Source: Archangiaceae bacterium (lineage in GTDB: Bacteria > Myxococcota > Myxococcia > Myxococcales > Myxococcaceae). From it: a DNA stretch of 34,727 bases. The notes beneath the pieces are model-generated. The model was not told the DNA's origin. It saw only the letters and a program-made list of their open reading frames with translations, and ran no database searches. Made by a program: the position numbers and the translations under genes. This document shows, piece by piece, positions 25,529 through 34,092 of this stretch; the stretch's first letter is position 1, and each line of letters begins with the position of its first letter. The DNA lies in contig JAYVCD010000119.1 in NCBI GenBank assembly GCA_043750125.1, forward strand, positions 1 through 34,727. Reading direction: 5' to 3'.

Positions 25529-26842
25529 TCACGGCGCTTTGGCGGCCGTCGCTTTGAGGGCCGGCGCCAGACCGTTCAGATAGTTGAGGGCGATCTTAAG
25601 CTGGTAGTCGCTCAACTTTTCCGTCGCGTCCCAGGCCTTCAAGTTCTCCGGAAGATTCGGCTTGAGCTTGTCCGACGCCTCGCCTTCCGATTCACCCTTG
25701 AAGTGCCGCTTCAAGTCCTTCTCGCGAAGCTGCTCGGTCTTGGTGGCCGCGACGCCCTCTGATTCCCCCACCACGAAATCAGGAGTGATGCCCTTCTCCT
25801 GAATGCTGCGGCCGCGGGGGGTGTAGTAGCGCGCGATCGTCAACTTCAACCCGGACCCATCTTCCATCTCGATCACGGTCTGAACGCTGCCTTTGCCGAA
25901 GGTCGGCACGCCGAGGACGACGGCCCGCTGGTGGTCCTGCAGCGCACCCGCCACGATTTCAGAAGCCGAGGCACTGCCCGCATTCACCAACACCACCATC
26001 GGGTACGGCTTCTCGGTGTCGCGGTCCTTGCTCTTCTCTTCGGTCACGTGGCCGCCGGCACGGCCCCGGGTCGAGACGATCGCCAGGTTTCCGGGAAGGA
26101 AACGATCTGAAATCGCCACCGCCTGGTCGAGCAGCCCACCCGGATTGTTGCGCAAATCGAGCACCAGCCCGCGCAGCTCTCGACCGCCGTTCAGCGCCCT
26201 CAATCGTTCGAGCTCTTTGAAGAGCGAAGCGTCGGTCCGTTCCTGAAAATTCTTCACCTTGACGTGACCCAGGCCGTTGTAGAGCGCTCCCTCGACCGAG
26301 GCGATGCGAATGTGGTCCCGCATGATCGCGAACTCGCGAGGAGCCGTGAAGCCCTCGCGCATGATGGTCAGCATCACCTTCTTCCCCGCCGGCCCCCGCA
26401 TCTTCTGAATCGCGCGCGCCAGTTCCATGTTGCGCGTCGCCTCGTCATCGATTTTCAGAATCTGGTCGCCCGACTTGATTCCCGCGCGATGCGCTGGGGT
26501 GTCATCAATCGGAGAGACGACCACGATGTTGTCGTTCTTCCGGGCGATCTCGATTCCCAACCCGCCGAACTCACCCGAGGTGTCGATCTTCATTTCCTTG
26601 AACACATCGGGCGGCATGAACACCGTGTGCGGGTCCAGAGTGTCGAGCATTCCCCGGATTGCGCCGTACATCAGCTGCTGCTCATCGACGTTCTCGACGT
26701 AGTTGTTCTCGACGTACGAGAGCACCCGCGCGAACAGCTCGAGCTGTTTGTAGGTCCCTTCACCCCGGGTCGCGGGCGGCCCGGCGACGGCCGGCAATCC
26801 GAGCAAGGCGACCCACACCAGAATGACCCGCCGAAGTTGCAT
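25529..26842 (-). CDS. ctpA: S41 carboxyl-terminal processing protease
   Basis: LDPHT, PDZ GLGIEI, DLRNNPGG, SASASEIVAGALQD and TFGKGSVQ motifs. Confidence 0.93.
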   Translation of the reverse strand: MQLRRVILVWVALLGLPAVAGPPATRGEGTYKQLELFARVLSYVENNYVENVDEQQLMYGAIRGMLDTLDPHTVFMPPDVFKEMKIDTSGEFGGLGIEIARKNDNIVVVSPIDDTPAHRAGIKSGDQILKIDDEATRNMELARAIQKMRGPAGKKVMLTIMREGFTAPREFAIMRDHIRIASVEGALYNGLGHVKVKNFQERTDASLFKELERLRALNGGRELRGLVLDLRNNPGGLLDQAVAISDRFLPGNLAIVSTRGRAGGHVTEEKSKDRDTEKPYPMVVLVNAGSASASEIVAGALQDHQRAVVLGVPTFGKGSVQTVIEMEDGSGLKLTIARYYTPRGRSIQEKGITPDFVVGESEGVAATKTEQLREKDLKRHFKGESEGEASDKLKPNLPENLKAWDATEKLSDYQLKIALNYLNGLAPALKATAAKAP

Positions 26843-26873
26843 GCTCTGATTGTAGGAGCCTGACCCGATCAAT

Positions 26874-27734
26874 TCACAGCAACCCGCTTCGGCCGGCGAA
26901 ATCGCACAGAAGGGTCACGAGCTCTTTGGGGTTTTCCATCTGGGGGATGTGGCCGAAACCCTCCACTTCACACACCTCGGCTCCTTTCGGCAGCCAGGCG
27001 CGGAAGTAGTCGATGCTCTCGTAGGGCAGCACTTTTTCGCTCTTTCCCCAGACCAGCAGGGTCGGCATCTTCAGATTTCCCAGCATGTCCTCGGTGACCA
27101 CGTCGCCCGGCTTGACCTCGGACATCGCCGAACGCACCGCGGCGCTGCCATAAATCTTCTTCAGCTGGCTCGAGAACAGCAGCAGCGGAAGCGGCGCGCG
27201 GTGGAACAATTTGCGCGTCAGAGCCCGCGCTTGCGCGGTGGTCGAAATCTGAAACGACGCCAGCAGCCCCTTCATCCGCGCCTCGCTCACCCGAGCCCCT
27301 GCCGGAGAGACCACCGCCAGCGCCACCAGCCGATCGGCCGCGAGGTGCGCCGCAAAGAGCGCCATCGCCCCACCCAGAGAATTCCCGACCAGGAACACCG
27401 GCTTCTTCACCACCTGGTCGAAGAACGCGACCAGCAGCGTCACCTGCTCCTCGAGCTTCAACGCCCCCGTCGTCGGCAGCGGCGAGAACCCATTGCCGGG
27501 AAGATCCGGCGCCCACACTTCGGAAAACTGTTTCGAGAGCAGGAAAAACGTCTTGTAGAAGCCGTGGGCCGAGCCTCCCAGGCCGTGCAGCAGCACCACC
27601 GGAGGGCCCCGGCCTTCTCCCTTGATGAAATAGGTGTGCACCGGGTGACCGCTGAGAATCTCGGTGCTGCTCCTGGCGCCTCGGGCCACCAGCACGTGCC
27701 GCAGCGCCTTGTTCGCCGACATCAGCAAATCCAT
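26874..27734 (-). CDS. Alpha/beta fold hydrolase
   Basis: LLHGLGG, DLPGNG, GNSLGG and GHIPQME motifs. Confidence 0.9.
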   Translation of the reverse strand: MDLLMSANKALRHVLVARGARSSTEILSGHPVHTYFIKGEGRGPPVVLLHGLGGSAHGFYKTFFLLSKQFSEVWAPDLPGNGFSPLPTTGALKLEEQVTLLVAFFDQVVKKPVFLVGNSLGGAMALFAAHLAADRLVALAVVSPAGARVSEARMKGLLASFQISTTAQARALTRKLFHRAPLPLLLFSSQLKKIYGSAAVRSAMSEVKPGDVVTEDMLGNLKMPTLLVWGKSEKVLPYESIDYFRAWLPKGAEVCEVEGFGHIPQMENPKELVTLLCDFAGRSGLL

Positions 27735-27765
27735 ACGGGTGTTCTTAGCCCAGTCCCACCAGCGC

Positions 27766-28866
27766 TCAGTCGGCTTCGAGCCAGGGCGCGGGGTCGATCG
27801 CCTCGCCCAGCTTGCGAATTTCGAAATACAAGAACGCGCCCTTCAGACTTCCGGTGTCGCCCACCGCGGCGATCTCTTCACCCTCTTCGACTTCGTTTCC
27901 TGCCTCGACGAGGCTGTGCGCCAGGTGGGCGTACAGCGAATGGTAGCCACCGCCATGGTCGAGGATCACCAGGTTCCCGTAGCCCTTGAGCCAGCCTGAG
28001 AACGCCACGGTCCCGATTCCCACCGCGACGACCTTCGCGCCCAGCGCGCCGCGAATGTCGAGCCCCTTCTGGACGGTGACGGTGTTGAACCGCGGGTTGA
28101 CGACTTTCCCAAACCCCACCTCCACCCGGCCATTGGACACCGGCAGCGGCAGGTGGCCCCGGCGGGTCCGAAAGCCCGAGGTGGCGGTGCTCTTCATTTC
28201 GCTGACGAACGCGGTCAGCTGCTTCTCTTCGCGTTCGAGATCCGCGATCACCCGGCTGACCCTCTTTTCCTCGGCCGTCGTCTGGGCCAGCAGCTCGAGG
28301 AACCGGACCTTTCGTGATTTTGCCAGCTGCTGTTCCAGCGAAATCACCTGCTCGATCGCTTGCGAGGTCTCGAGCAGCCGTTCTAGTCGCGTGGCGGTCA
28401 GCCGTTCATAGCGGCTGATCTTCGCCAGCCCTTCGAGCTCGCGCAGATCGCCGGCCACCAGCGTCGACAGCCCCCGCTCGCGCTTGACCATCGAGGCAAA
28501 GTCCCGGGCCGAGACCAGCCGGTTGACCCGGTCTTCGCGCGACAAGCGGTAGAGCGTCTTGAGTCGGGGGCCGAGCGCGCGTTCCTTTTCATCGGCCGCG
28601 GCACGGGCGCGACTCTCTTCTGCGCGCAGCACCCCCGCACGCAGGCCGAGCGCCGTGGAGCTCTTCTGCAGCGCCACTGCTTTTTCCGACGACTCGCGAA
28701 AGCGGCGCTCGAACCAGTCGAGGCCGGTGAGCAGATCGGCCCGGTCGTTCTTGAGGGCGTCGAACAGCGCGCGTTCGGCGTCGATGCGCTCGTTGAGCTC
28801 GGCCTGTTCCTCTTCGACGGGCAGGGCTGCGAGCAGCGTGATGAGCAGCAGCGCACCCAGACTCAT
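27766..28866 (-). CDS. envC: Murein hydrolase activator EnvC-like (coiled coil + M23/LytM domain)
   Basis: Long coiled coil, then KGLDI…GYGNLVILDHGGGYHSLYAHL…LYFEIR with degenerate Zn ligands as in EnvC; ATGA overlap with the ftsX stop. Confidence 0.88.
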   Translation of the reverse strand: MSLGALLLITLLAALPVEEEQAELNERIDAERALFDALKNDRADLLTGLDWFERRFRESSEKAVALQKSSTALGLRAGVLRAEESRARAAADEKERALGPRLKTLYRLSREDRVNRLVSARDFASMVKRERGLSTLVAGDLRELEGLAKISRYERLTATRLERLLETSQAIEQVISLEQQLAKSRKVRFLELLAQTTAEEKRVSRVIADLEREEKQLTAFVSEMKSTATSGFRTRRGHLPLPVSNGRVEVGFGKVVNPRFNTVTVQKGLDIRGALGAKVVAVGIGTVAFSGWLKGYGNLVILDHGGGYHSLYAHLAHSLVEAGNEVEEGEEIAAVGDTGSLKGAFLYFEIRKLGEAIDPAPWLEAD

Positions 28867-29759
28867 GCGTTCAAGAACCTGCGCACCGCGACCATGCTGC
28901 CTGACAGCCCCATCGCGACGCCCAGCAGCAGCAACTCGAGCACCAACCGCATCGACACCAGCTGGGCGCCTCGGGGCAGTGCGAGAAACGACAGCAAGCC
29001 TGCCGCCCGCGGAGCACCCCAGGTGGCCAGCGCCCACAACAGCCCCGCTGCGAGCAGCGCCGACAGCAGCCCTTGCACCATGCCCTCGAGCAAGAACGGA
29101 GCGCGAACGAAACGGTGGGTCGCTCCGACCAGCTTCTGGATTTCGATTTCTTCGCGCCGCGCGTAGATCGCCAGCTGCAGCGTGGCCGAGACCACCACGA
29201 TGGTGGTGAGGAACACGACCGCGAACGCCACCACGCTGGCCAGCTTCAGGGCCTTCGACAGCGCGGCCAGTCGGTCGAGCGCATCGGCCCCGTAGTCCAC
29301 CGCTTCGACGAACGTCACCGCGCGCAGCGTCTGGGCGAGGATCTTCAACGCGGCGGCTTCGCGCAGCTGCGGCGGCACCGTCACTTCCACGCTCCACGGC
29401 AAGGGGTTGGCTCCCAGCTCGGTCAGTACCTGCCCCTGCGGCCCCAGCTGCTCGGCCAATCGGGCCAGGGCTTCGGTGGGGCTGATGATCTTCGTTTCCC
29501 CTCCGGTGCGCTGGGCGAGCGCGGCCTCGAGCTTTTTGATCTCGTCCGGCGGCGTTCCGTCTTTCAGGTAGACGGTGAGCTCGACTTCGCCCCGCAGCGC
29601 GGTGACCAGGGTGTCGATCTGGGCTCCGGCAATTCGCGCCAGCCCAAAGCCCACCAGCGCAATTGCCAAAGCGGCAATCGCAATCACGTGCACGAAGGGG
29701 TCGCGCCACATTCCGCCCAGCGCGGTGCGGGCGAAGTAACTGGCCTTGGCGCCGATCAC
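28863..29759 (-). CDS. ftsX: Cell division ABC transporter permease FtsX
   Basis: NPLP and RREEIEIQKLVGAT…FVRAPFLLEG motifs, 4 TMs, overlaps ftsE. Confidence 0.93.
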   Translation of the reverse strand: MIGAKASYFARTALGGMWRDPFVHVIAIAALAIALVGFGLARIAGAQIDTLVTALRGEVELTVYLKDGTPPDEIKKLEAALAQRTGGETKIISPTEALARLAEQLGPQGQVLTELGANPLPWSVEVTVPPQLREAAALKILAQTLRAVTFVEAVDYGADALDRLAALSKALKLASVVAFAVVFLTTIVVVSATLQLAIYARREEIEIQKLVGATHRFVRAPFLLEGMVQGLLSALLAAGLLWALATWGAPRAAGLLSFLALPRGAQLVSMRLVLELLLLGVAMGLSGSMVAVRRFLNA

Positions 29760-30451
29760 CCTTGCACCATCAGCAGCGCGGCCTTGGCTCCGCGTTCTTC
29801 GGACACCATCGTGCCCCGCTCGAGGCGCAAGGTCCGCTTCTGGAATCGGGCGATCAGCGAGGCATCGTGGGTGGCCACCACCACCGTCGTTCCGCGCACG
29901 TTCACGTCGCAGAGCAGATCCATGATCTCGACCGTGAGCGCGGGGTCGAGGTTTCCCGTCGGCTCGTCCGCGAGCAGAATCGCAGGGTCGTTCACCAGCG
30001 CGCGTGCAATCACCACCCGCTGCTGCTCGCCCCCCGACAGCTTCGCGGGCAGCACGTTGGCTTTGTGTTCCAGCCCCACCCGCTTGAGGATCTTCAGCGC
30101 CCGTTGCCGCACCACATCGCGCGGAGTCCCGATCACATCGAGCGCAAAGCCGACGTTCTCGGCGACCGACCGGTTGGGCAGCAGCTTGAAGTCCTGGAAG
30201 ACGACCCCGATGTTGCGGCGCAGATAAGGGATTCCCGAGGCACGAAGCCGCGCGATGTTCCGCCCGGCGATCAGCACCTGGCCCCGGGTCGCGCGCTCGG
30301 CGAGGAACATCAGCTTGAGCAGCGTGGTCTTCCCCGCTCCGGAAGGGCCGGTGAGAAAGACGAACTCCCCTTTTTCGATGTTGAGGTTGATGTCCATCAG
30401 CGTCGGAGCGTCATTCCCGAACGCCTTGGTGACATGGAACATCTGAATCAT
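29756..30451 (-). CDS. ftsE: Cell division ATP-binding protein FtsE
   Basis: GPSGAGKT, LRRNIGVVFQDFKLL, LSGGEQQR and ADEPTGNLD motifs. Confidence 0.96.
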   Translation of the reverse strand: MIQMFHVTKAFGNDAPTLMDINLNIEKGEFVFLTGPSGAGKTTLLKLMFLAERATRGQVLIAGRNIARLRASGIPYLRRNIGVVFQDFKLLPNRSVAENVGFALDVIGTPRDVVRQRALKILKRVGLEHKANVLPAKLSGGEQQRVVIARALVNDPAILLADEPTGNLDPALTVEIMDLLCDVNVRGTTVVVATHDASLIARFQKRTLRLERGTMVSEERGAKAALLMVQG

Positions 30452-30496
30452 CGCATTTGGCTACTTACCAACTTGCTAAGTACTAAAGCTTCTCTC

Positions 30497-31117
30497 GTGT
30501 ATCCAACGCGTTACCAGTTGCAGGAATTGACCGGCCATGTGGTCGCCGCTCTCGAGCGCCGTCGAGAAGGTTTCCCCGAGTGGAATGCCTCGGTCGAGGC
30601 GCGGCTGACCGACGAAGCCAGGACCGTTCTGAATGAAGCCGGACGCCAGTTCGCCGAAGTGGCCGACGACAAGCCGTATTGGGAACAGCTCGAGCGCACC
30701 GTGCTGACCGCCGCGCTTCCCCGCTACTTCCAGGTCGCGAAGGAACAGCACCACCTGGAAAAGACGAAGTACGGGCTCTGGCGGGGCGGCGATGTGATTT
30801 CCCGCGCCGCCTACGCAGCGGTCGGCCTGGTGGTGGCGGCGATCGTCTTTCGGACCGCGATCCCTGATTGGCTCGAGCCGTTGCCGCTGGGCTTCTTCAT
30901 CATCGGACCCCTGTTGCCGGACATTCAGACCTGGTTTGCCCGGCGCCGCTACGCCGCGAAGCTTCGGGCGCTGGTCGACGACATGAAGGAAGAAGCGGCG
31001 GCGCGCGAGCAGTACCGGCCGCTGACGGAAGGAACGCCCAGCGCAGTCGATGCGCAGGTCGGCTCACCGCAAAGTTCAGGGCCAGCAGAGAAACCGAAGA
31101 CCACAGGGGAAGGCTGA
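30497..31117 (+). CDS. Hypothetical protein with a helical N-terminal domain and a two-TM hairpin
   Basis: Only the 3' part of ORF 29663-31117 lies outside ftsE; GTG at 30497; hydrophobic segments AAYAAVGLVVAAIVF and LPLGFFIIGPLL; stop overlaps the next ATG (TGATG). Confidence 0.8.
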   Translation: MYPTRYQLQELTGHVVAALERRREGFPEWNASVEARLTDEARTVLNEAGRQFAEVADDKPYWEQLERTVLTAALPRYFQVAKEQHHLEKTKYGLWRGGDVISRAAYAAVGLVVAAIVFRTAIPDWLEPLPLGFFIIGPLLPDIQTWFARRRYAAKLRALVDDMKEEAAAREQYRPLTEGTPSAVDAQVGSPQSSGPAEKPKTTGEG

Positions 31118-32169
31118 TGCGCGAACGCTCGCAGGCTCAGGAATTCATTCGTCGCCGAGGACGGCTGTTGTGGCCGCTGGCGGCGTTGCTGTTCCTCGGA
31201 GTCTTCGGCTACGGCAGCTGCACCGTCTACGTCCACCCCGGCCAGTACGGGGTGAAGCAGGTCATCGTCGGCTCGGGTCAGGGAATTCAGCCCGACATCT
31301 ACCCGCCCGGGCTTCACTTTCTCACCCCGGGTGTCGAACGGATGCACATCTTGCCCGCCGAGTTGCAGGTGCTCGAGATGAGCGACGTCCCGGGCGGCGG
31401 CCACCAGCCGACCACCAACATGCGCCAGGTCTCGGCAATCAAGATCCAGACGTCCGAGGGGTACACGGTGTCGGTGGACATCACGGTGCTGTACCGAATC
31501 GAAGATGCCTACAAGGTGATGACGCAGATTGGGCCCGGCCGCTTGTACGAAGACTCAGCGGTGATTCCCCGGGCGGAACAGCAGCTGCGGCGGAAGTTCG
31601 GAGAGCTCGACGCCGAGCAGTTCTACCAGGGCGACTTTCGCGAGAAGGCCGCTCTCGAGGCGCAGCGGCTGTTGACCGACGAGCTGTCTCCCAAGGGGAT
31701 CCACGTCACCCACGTCCTGGTCCGCCAGTACCGCTACGACCAGCGCTACCAGGAAGCGATCGAGAGCCGAAAAATCCAGGACCAGACGGTATTCAAGAAC
31801 CGGGCGGAAGCGGCGGCGGCGCAGGAAGAAGCGAAGAAGAACACCATCGTCGCCGAAGGAGCGGCCCAGGTGATGACCGAGCTGGCCCGGGGCGAGGCAG
31901 AAGTAAAAAAGATTCAGTCCGAGGCGGACCTCTACAAACGAACCAAGGACGCCGAAGGCAAGCTGAAGGTCGAGCTGGCCAAGGCCCAGGGCATCGAGCT
32001 CGAGAACAAGGCGCTGCGGGTGGGCGGCAGCGAGAACATGGTGGGTCTGAAGATGGCCGAGACGCTGAAGGGAGTTGAGATTTTGATTCTTCCCAGCGAC
32101 GGAGAGAGCGGAACCAACCCGCTGGATCTCAACGCGATGCTCAAGCGGTTCGATGTGAGGGGACAGTGA
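31117..32169 (+). CDS. SPFH/Band 7/prohibitin domain protein
   Basis: N-terminal TM, V.PGQYGV…PGLHF, TSEG..VSVDITVLYRI and an Ala/Glu-rich coiled coil. Confidence 0.9.
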   Translation: MRERSQAQEFIRRRGRLLWPLAALLFLGVFGYGSCTVYVHPGQYGVKQVIVGSGQGIQPDIYPPGLHFLTPGVERMHILPAELQVLEMSDVPGGGHQPTTNMRQVSAIKIQTSEGYTVSVDITVLYRIEDAYKVMTQIGPGRLYEDSAVIPRAEQQLRRKFGELDAEQFYQGDFREKAALEAQRLLTDELSPKGIHVTHVLVRQYRYDQRYQEAIESRKIQDQTVFKNRAEAAAAQEEAKKNTIVAEGAAQVMTELARGEAEVKKIQSEADLYKRTKDAEGKLKVELAKAQGIELENKALRVGGSENMVGLKMAETLKGVEILILPSDGESGTNPLDLNAMLKRFDVRGQ

Positions 32170-33167
32170 TGAAGAACCTGGTTCTGTGGGTGGTGGGTTC
32201 GATGATGATCTCGTTCAGCGGGTGCTCGTGCCACTCGACCGGGGCGAACGAGGTCGGAGTGCTGACGCGGAAGGTCGCTCCGTTCGGGAAGAAGGGAGTG
32301 CAAGAAGAGCCCTACCCGTCGGGCGGCACCTACTTCTTCCTGCTCGGGACGACCGACTGGCATCGGTTCGAGACGAAGTTGCAGAACCTGCGAATGGTCA
32401 AAGACAGCGCGGACGACGTCGAGTTCAAGACGGTCGACGGCAACGACATCTCGGTCGACATCACCGTCGCGTGGCGCATCGACCCGGCGAAGGCGTCTTT
32501 CCTGCTGATGAAGGTGGGCGAGTCAACCCAGGACATTCAAGATCGCATCGTGCGGCCCGGTGCGCGGGCCTACGTGCGAGACGCCCTCAACAAGCTGAAG
32601 AGCGAAGAGTTCTACGAAGCCGACCGACGGTTCAAGGCGGCCGAAGAAGGCCGGGTGCTGCTGGCAGGAGCGTTGAACCCGGAAGGGGTGATCGTCGAAC
32701 AGGTGATTCTCGGCGAGCACCGCTTCAACCCCGAATACGAGGCGGTCATTCGCGACAAGAAGCTCGCCGAGCAGAATGCCGAGAAATTGAAGTCCGAGGC
32801 GCTGGCCGCGGCAGAAGGCAGCAAGCGCAACTTCGAAGCGGCGAAGGGGCAGGTGGCCCAACAGATCGCCCGGGTGGCAGGCACGCTCGCGCAGGCGAAG
32901 CTCGGGGCGAACGCGTCGCTGGTCCAGTCGAGCAATGAGGCGGAAGCGATCTTGATTGAAGCGCGCGCCAATGCTCAGGCGATCGAGAAGCGCAACGCCG
33001 CCCTCGCTGGAGCCGGGGGGAAGACGATGGTGAAGCTCGCCATCGCCGAAGCGATGATCGGCAAACGGATCATCCTCGTGCCGTCGAAGGGCGCGAACAT
33101 CCAGACCCTCGACGTGAATCAGATCGTGAACAAGATCGCAGCGGACAAGGCGCTCGACACGAAATAG
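32166..33167 (+). CDS. Second SPFH/Band 7 domain protein (possible lipoprotein)
   Basis: EVGV, TVDGNDISVDITVAWRID and a coiled coil; N-terminal hydrophobic stretch ending FSGC; start is GTG 32166 or ATG 32169, overlapping the upstream stop. Confidence 0.9.
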   Translation: MMKNLVLWVVGSMMISFSGCSCHSTGANEVGVLTRKVAPFGKKGVQEEPYPSGGTYFFLLGTTDWHRFETKLQNLRMVKDSADDVEFKTVDGNDISVDITVAWRIDPAKASFLLMKVGESTQDIQDRIVRPGARAYVRDALNKLKSEEFYEADRRFKAAEEGRVLLAGALNPEGVIVEQVILGEHRFNPEYEAVIRDKKLAEQNAEKLKSEALAAAEGSKRNFEAAKGQVAQQIARVAGTLAQAKLGANASLVQSSNEAEAILIEARANAQAIEKRNAALAGAGGKTMVKLAIAEAMIGKRIILVPSKGANIQTLDVNQIVNKIAADKALDTK

Positions 33168-33283
33168 CCGCCTCAGCCGTTGGGCCGAATTCCGAAGTCC
33201 AATTTGAAGCCGAGGGTGAGGCTGACGCTCAGCGCATCCTCGAAGCCCTGACTGCCCTTGAGGTTGACGGGCGACCCCACCCG

Positions 33284-33312
33284 CCTGCGAGGGACGAAAC
33301 GGACCTCGCAGG
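33284..33312. terminator. Perfect 9-bp inverted repeat downstream of the SPFH operon
   Basis: cctgcgagg (33284-33292) / cctcgcagg (33304-33312); no U-tract. Confidence 0.35.
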
Positions 33313-33341
33313 GATGAATCGCGCTGGCGTTTTGCTCGATA

Positions 33342-33357
33342 CTGAACGCATATTCAG
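33342..33357. promoter_or_regulatory. Candidate Myxococcus-type LexA (SOS) box
   Basis: CTGAAC-GCAT-ATTCAG. The reverse strand CTGAATATGCGTTCAGT matches the recalled M. xanthus LexA consensus CTRHAMRYBYGTTCAGS at 15 of 17 positions. It ends 3 nt before ATG 33361. Confidence 0.65.
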
Positions 33358-33360
33358 TGC

Positions 33361-33819
33361 ATGACCGAACTCGATTTGACCCCTCCTGACGTGGCGCAGC
33401 TGGTCCAGCTCTTCTCAGCCCAGGCCGACCTTCGCTTCCCCGACTTCGACGCTGCCGTGCTGCAGGACGCATTGGTCCGGGTGAAAGAGAGGCACCTGGA
33501 AGTGGTCCGGGTTGAAGCGCAATTGCTCCAGCTGAAGGCTTCGCTGGAAGAAGAGCAGGAGTCCCTGGTCAAGAAAGCTCAGCGGGGGCTGGCCTACCTG
33601 CGGGTGTACGCCGAGCCGGACGAGGCACTGACGGCCAAGGTCAACGCGATCGTCCTGCCCCGGCCTCGACGCGCGGTGCGCCCAGAGACGGCGCCGACTT
33701 CAACGGACGAAGCGGGCGGGGTTGCTGTTGCGCCGAGGAAGCGGGGGCGACCGCGCAAGGTCGATTCGTCGTCGCTGTTCGCCGCGATGACCGAAAGCCC
33801 GGCCCCCGCCGCCGAGTGA
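33361..33819 (+). CDS. Hypothetical coiled-coil protein with a C-terminal AT-hook
   Basis: Heptad-like helix (LEVVRVEAQLLQLKASLEEEQESL), a flexible linker and a canonical AT-hook PRKRGRPRK. Confidence 0.85.
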   Translation: MTELDLTPPDVAQLVQLFSAQADLRFPDFDAAVLQDALVRVKERHLEVVRVEAQLLQLKASLEEEQESLVKKAQRGLAYLRVYAEPDEALTAKVNAIVLPRPRRAVRPETAPTSTDEAGGVAVAPRKRGRPRKVDSSSLFAAMTESPAPAAE

Positions 33820-33827
33820 CGGTCGGA

Positions 33828-33864
33828 TTGACTGTGGACTATGAGCCCACAATACTTATCCACA
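33828..33864 (+). promoter_or_regulatory. Promoter/operator of the TA module
   Basis: TTGACT-17 bp-AATACT, overlapped by TGTGGA (33833), CCCACA (33846) and TCCACA (33859) half-sites at a 13-bp period. Confidence 0.6.
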
Positions 33865-34092
33865 ATGAAGGTGATCCAGGTCTCCATGGACGAGAGGCTT
33901 CTGAAGAGCCTGGACAAGCGTCCCGAGGTAAAAAAATTAGGGCGCTCGGCGGTCCTGCGTGAGGCGGTTTATGAATACCTGCGCTCAAAGCGGAAGAAGG
34001 AGATCGCCGAAGAGTACCGTCGGGCTTACGCCGGGGGACCAGACCCCGAGTTGGCAGGGTGGGAAAAACAAGGCGTATGGCTCGAGGACTGA
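33865..34092 (+). CDS. Ribbon-helix-helix (CopG-like) antitoxin
   Basis: KVIQVSMDERLLKSLD…RSAVLREAV RHH pattern; overlaps the toxin gene. Confidence 0.88.
   Translation: MKVIQVSMDERLLKSLDKRPEVKKLGRSAVLREAVYEYLRSKRKKEIAEEYRRAYAGGPDPELAGWEKQGVWLED

Noticed and set aside
27766-29709. 647-aa version of the M23 protein
   Set aside because: The 5' half overlaps ftsX in another frame; the real start is ATG 28866.
31117-33167. Naming the SPFH pair hflK/hflC or linking it to the FtsH-like remnant
   Set aside because: No hflX/ftsH context, orthology cannot be shown by eye, and the remnant is 30 kb away and non-functional.
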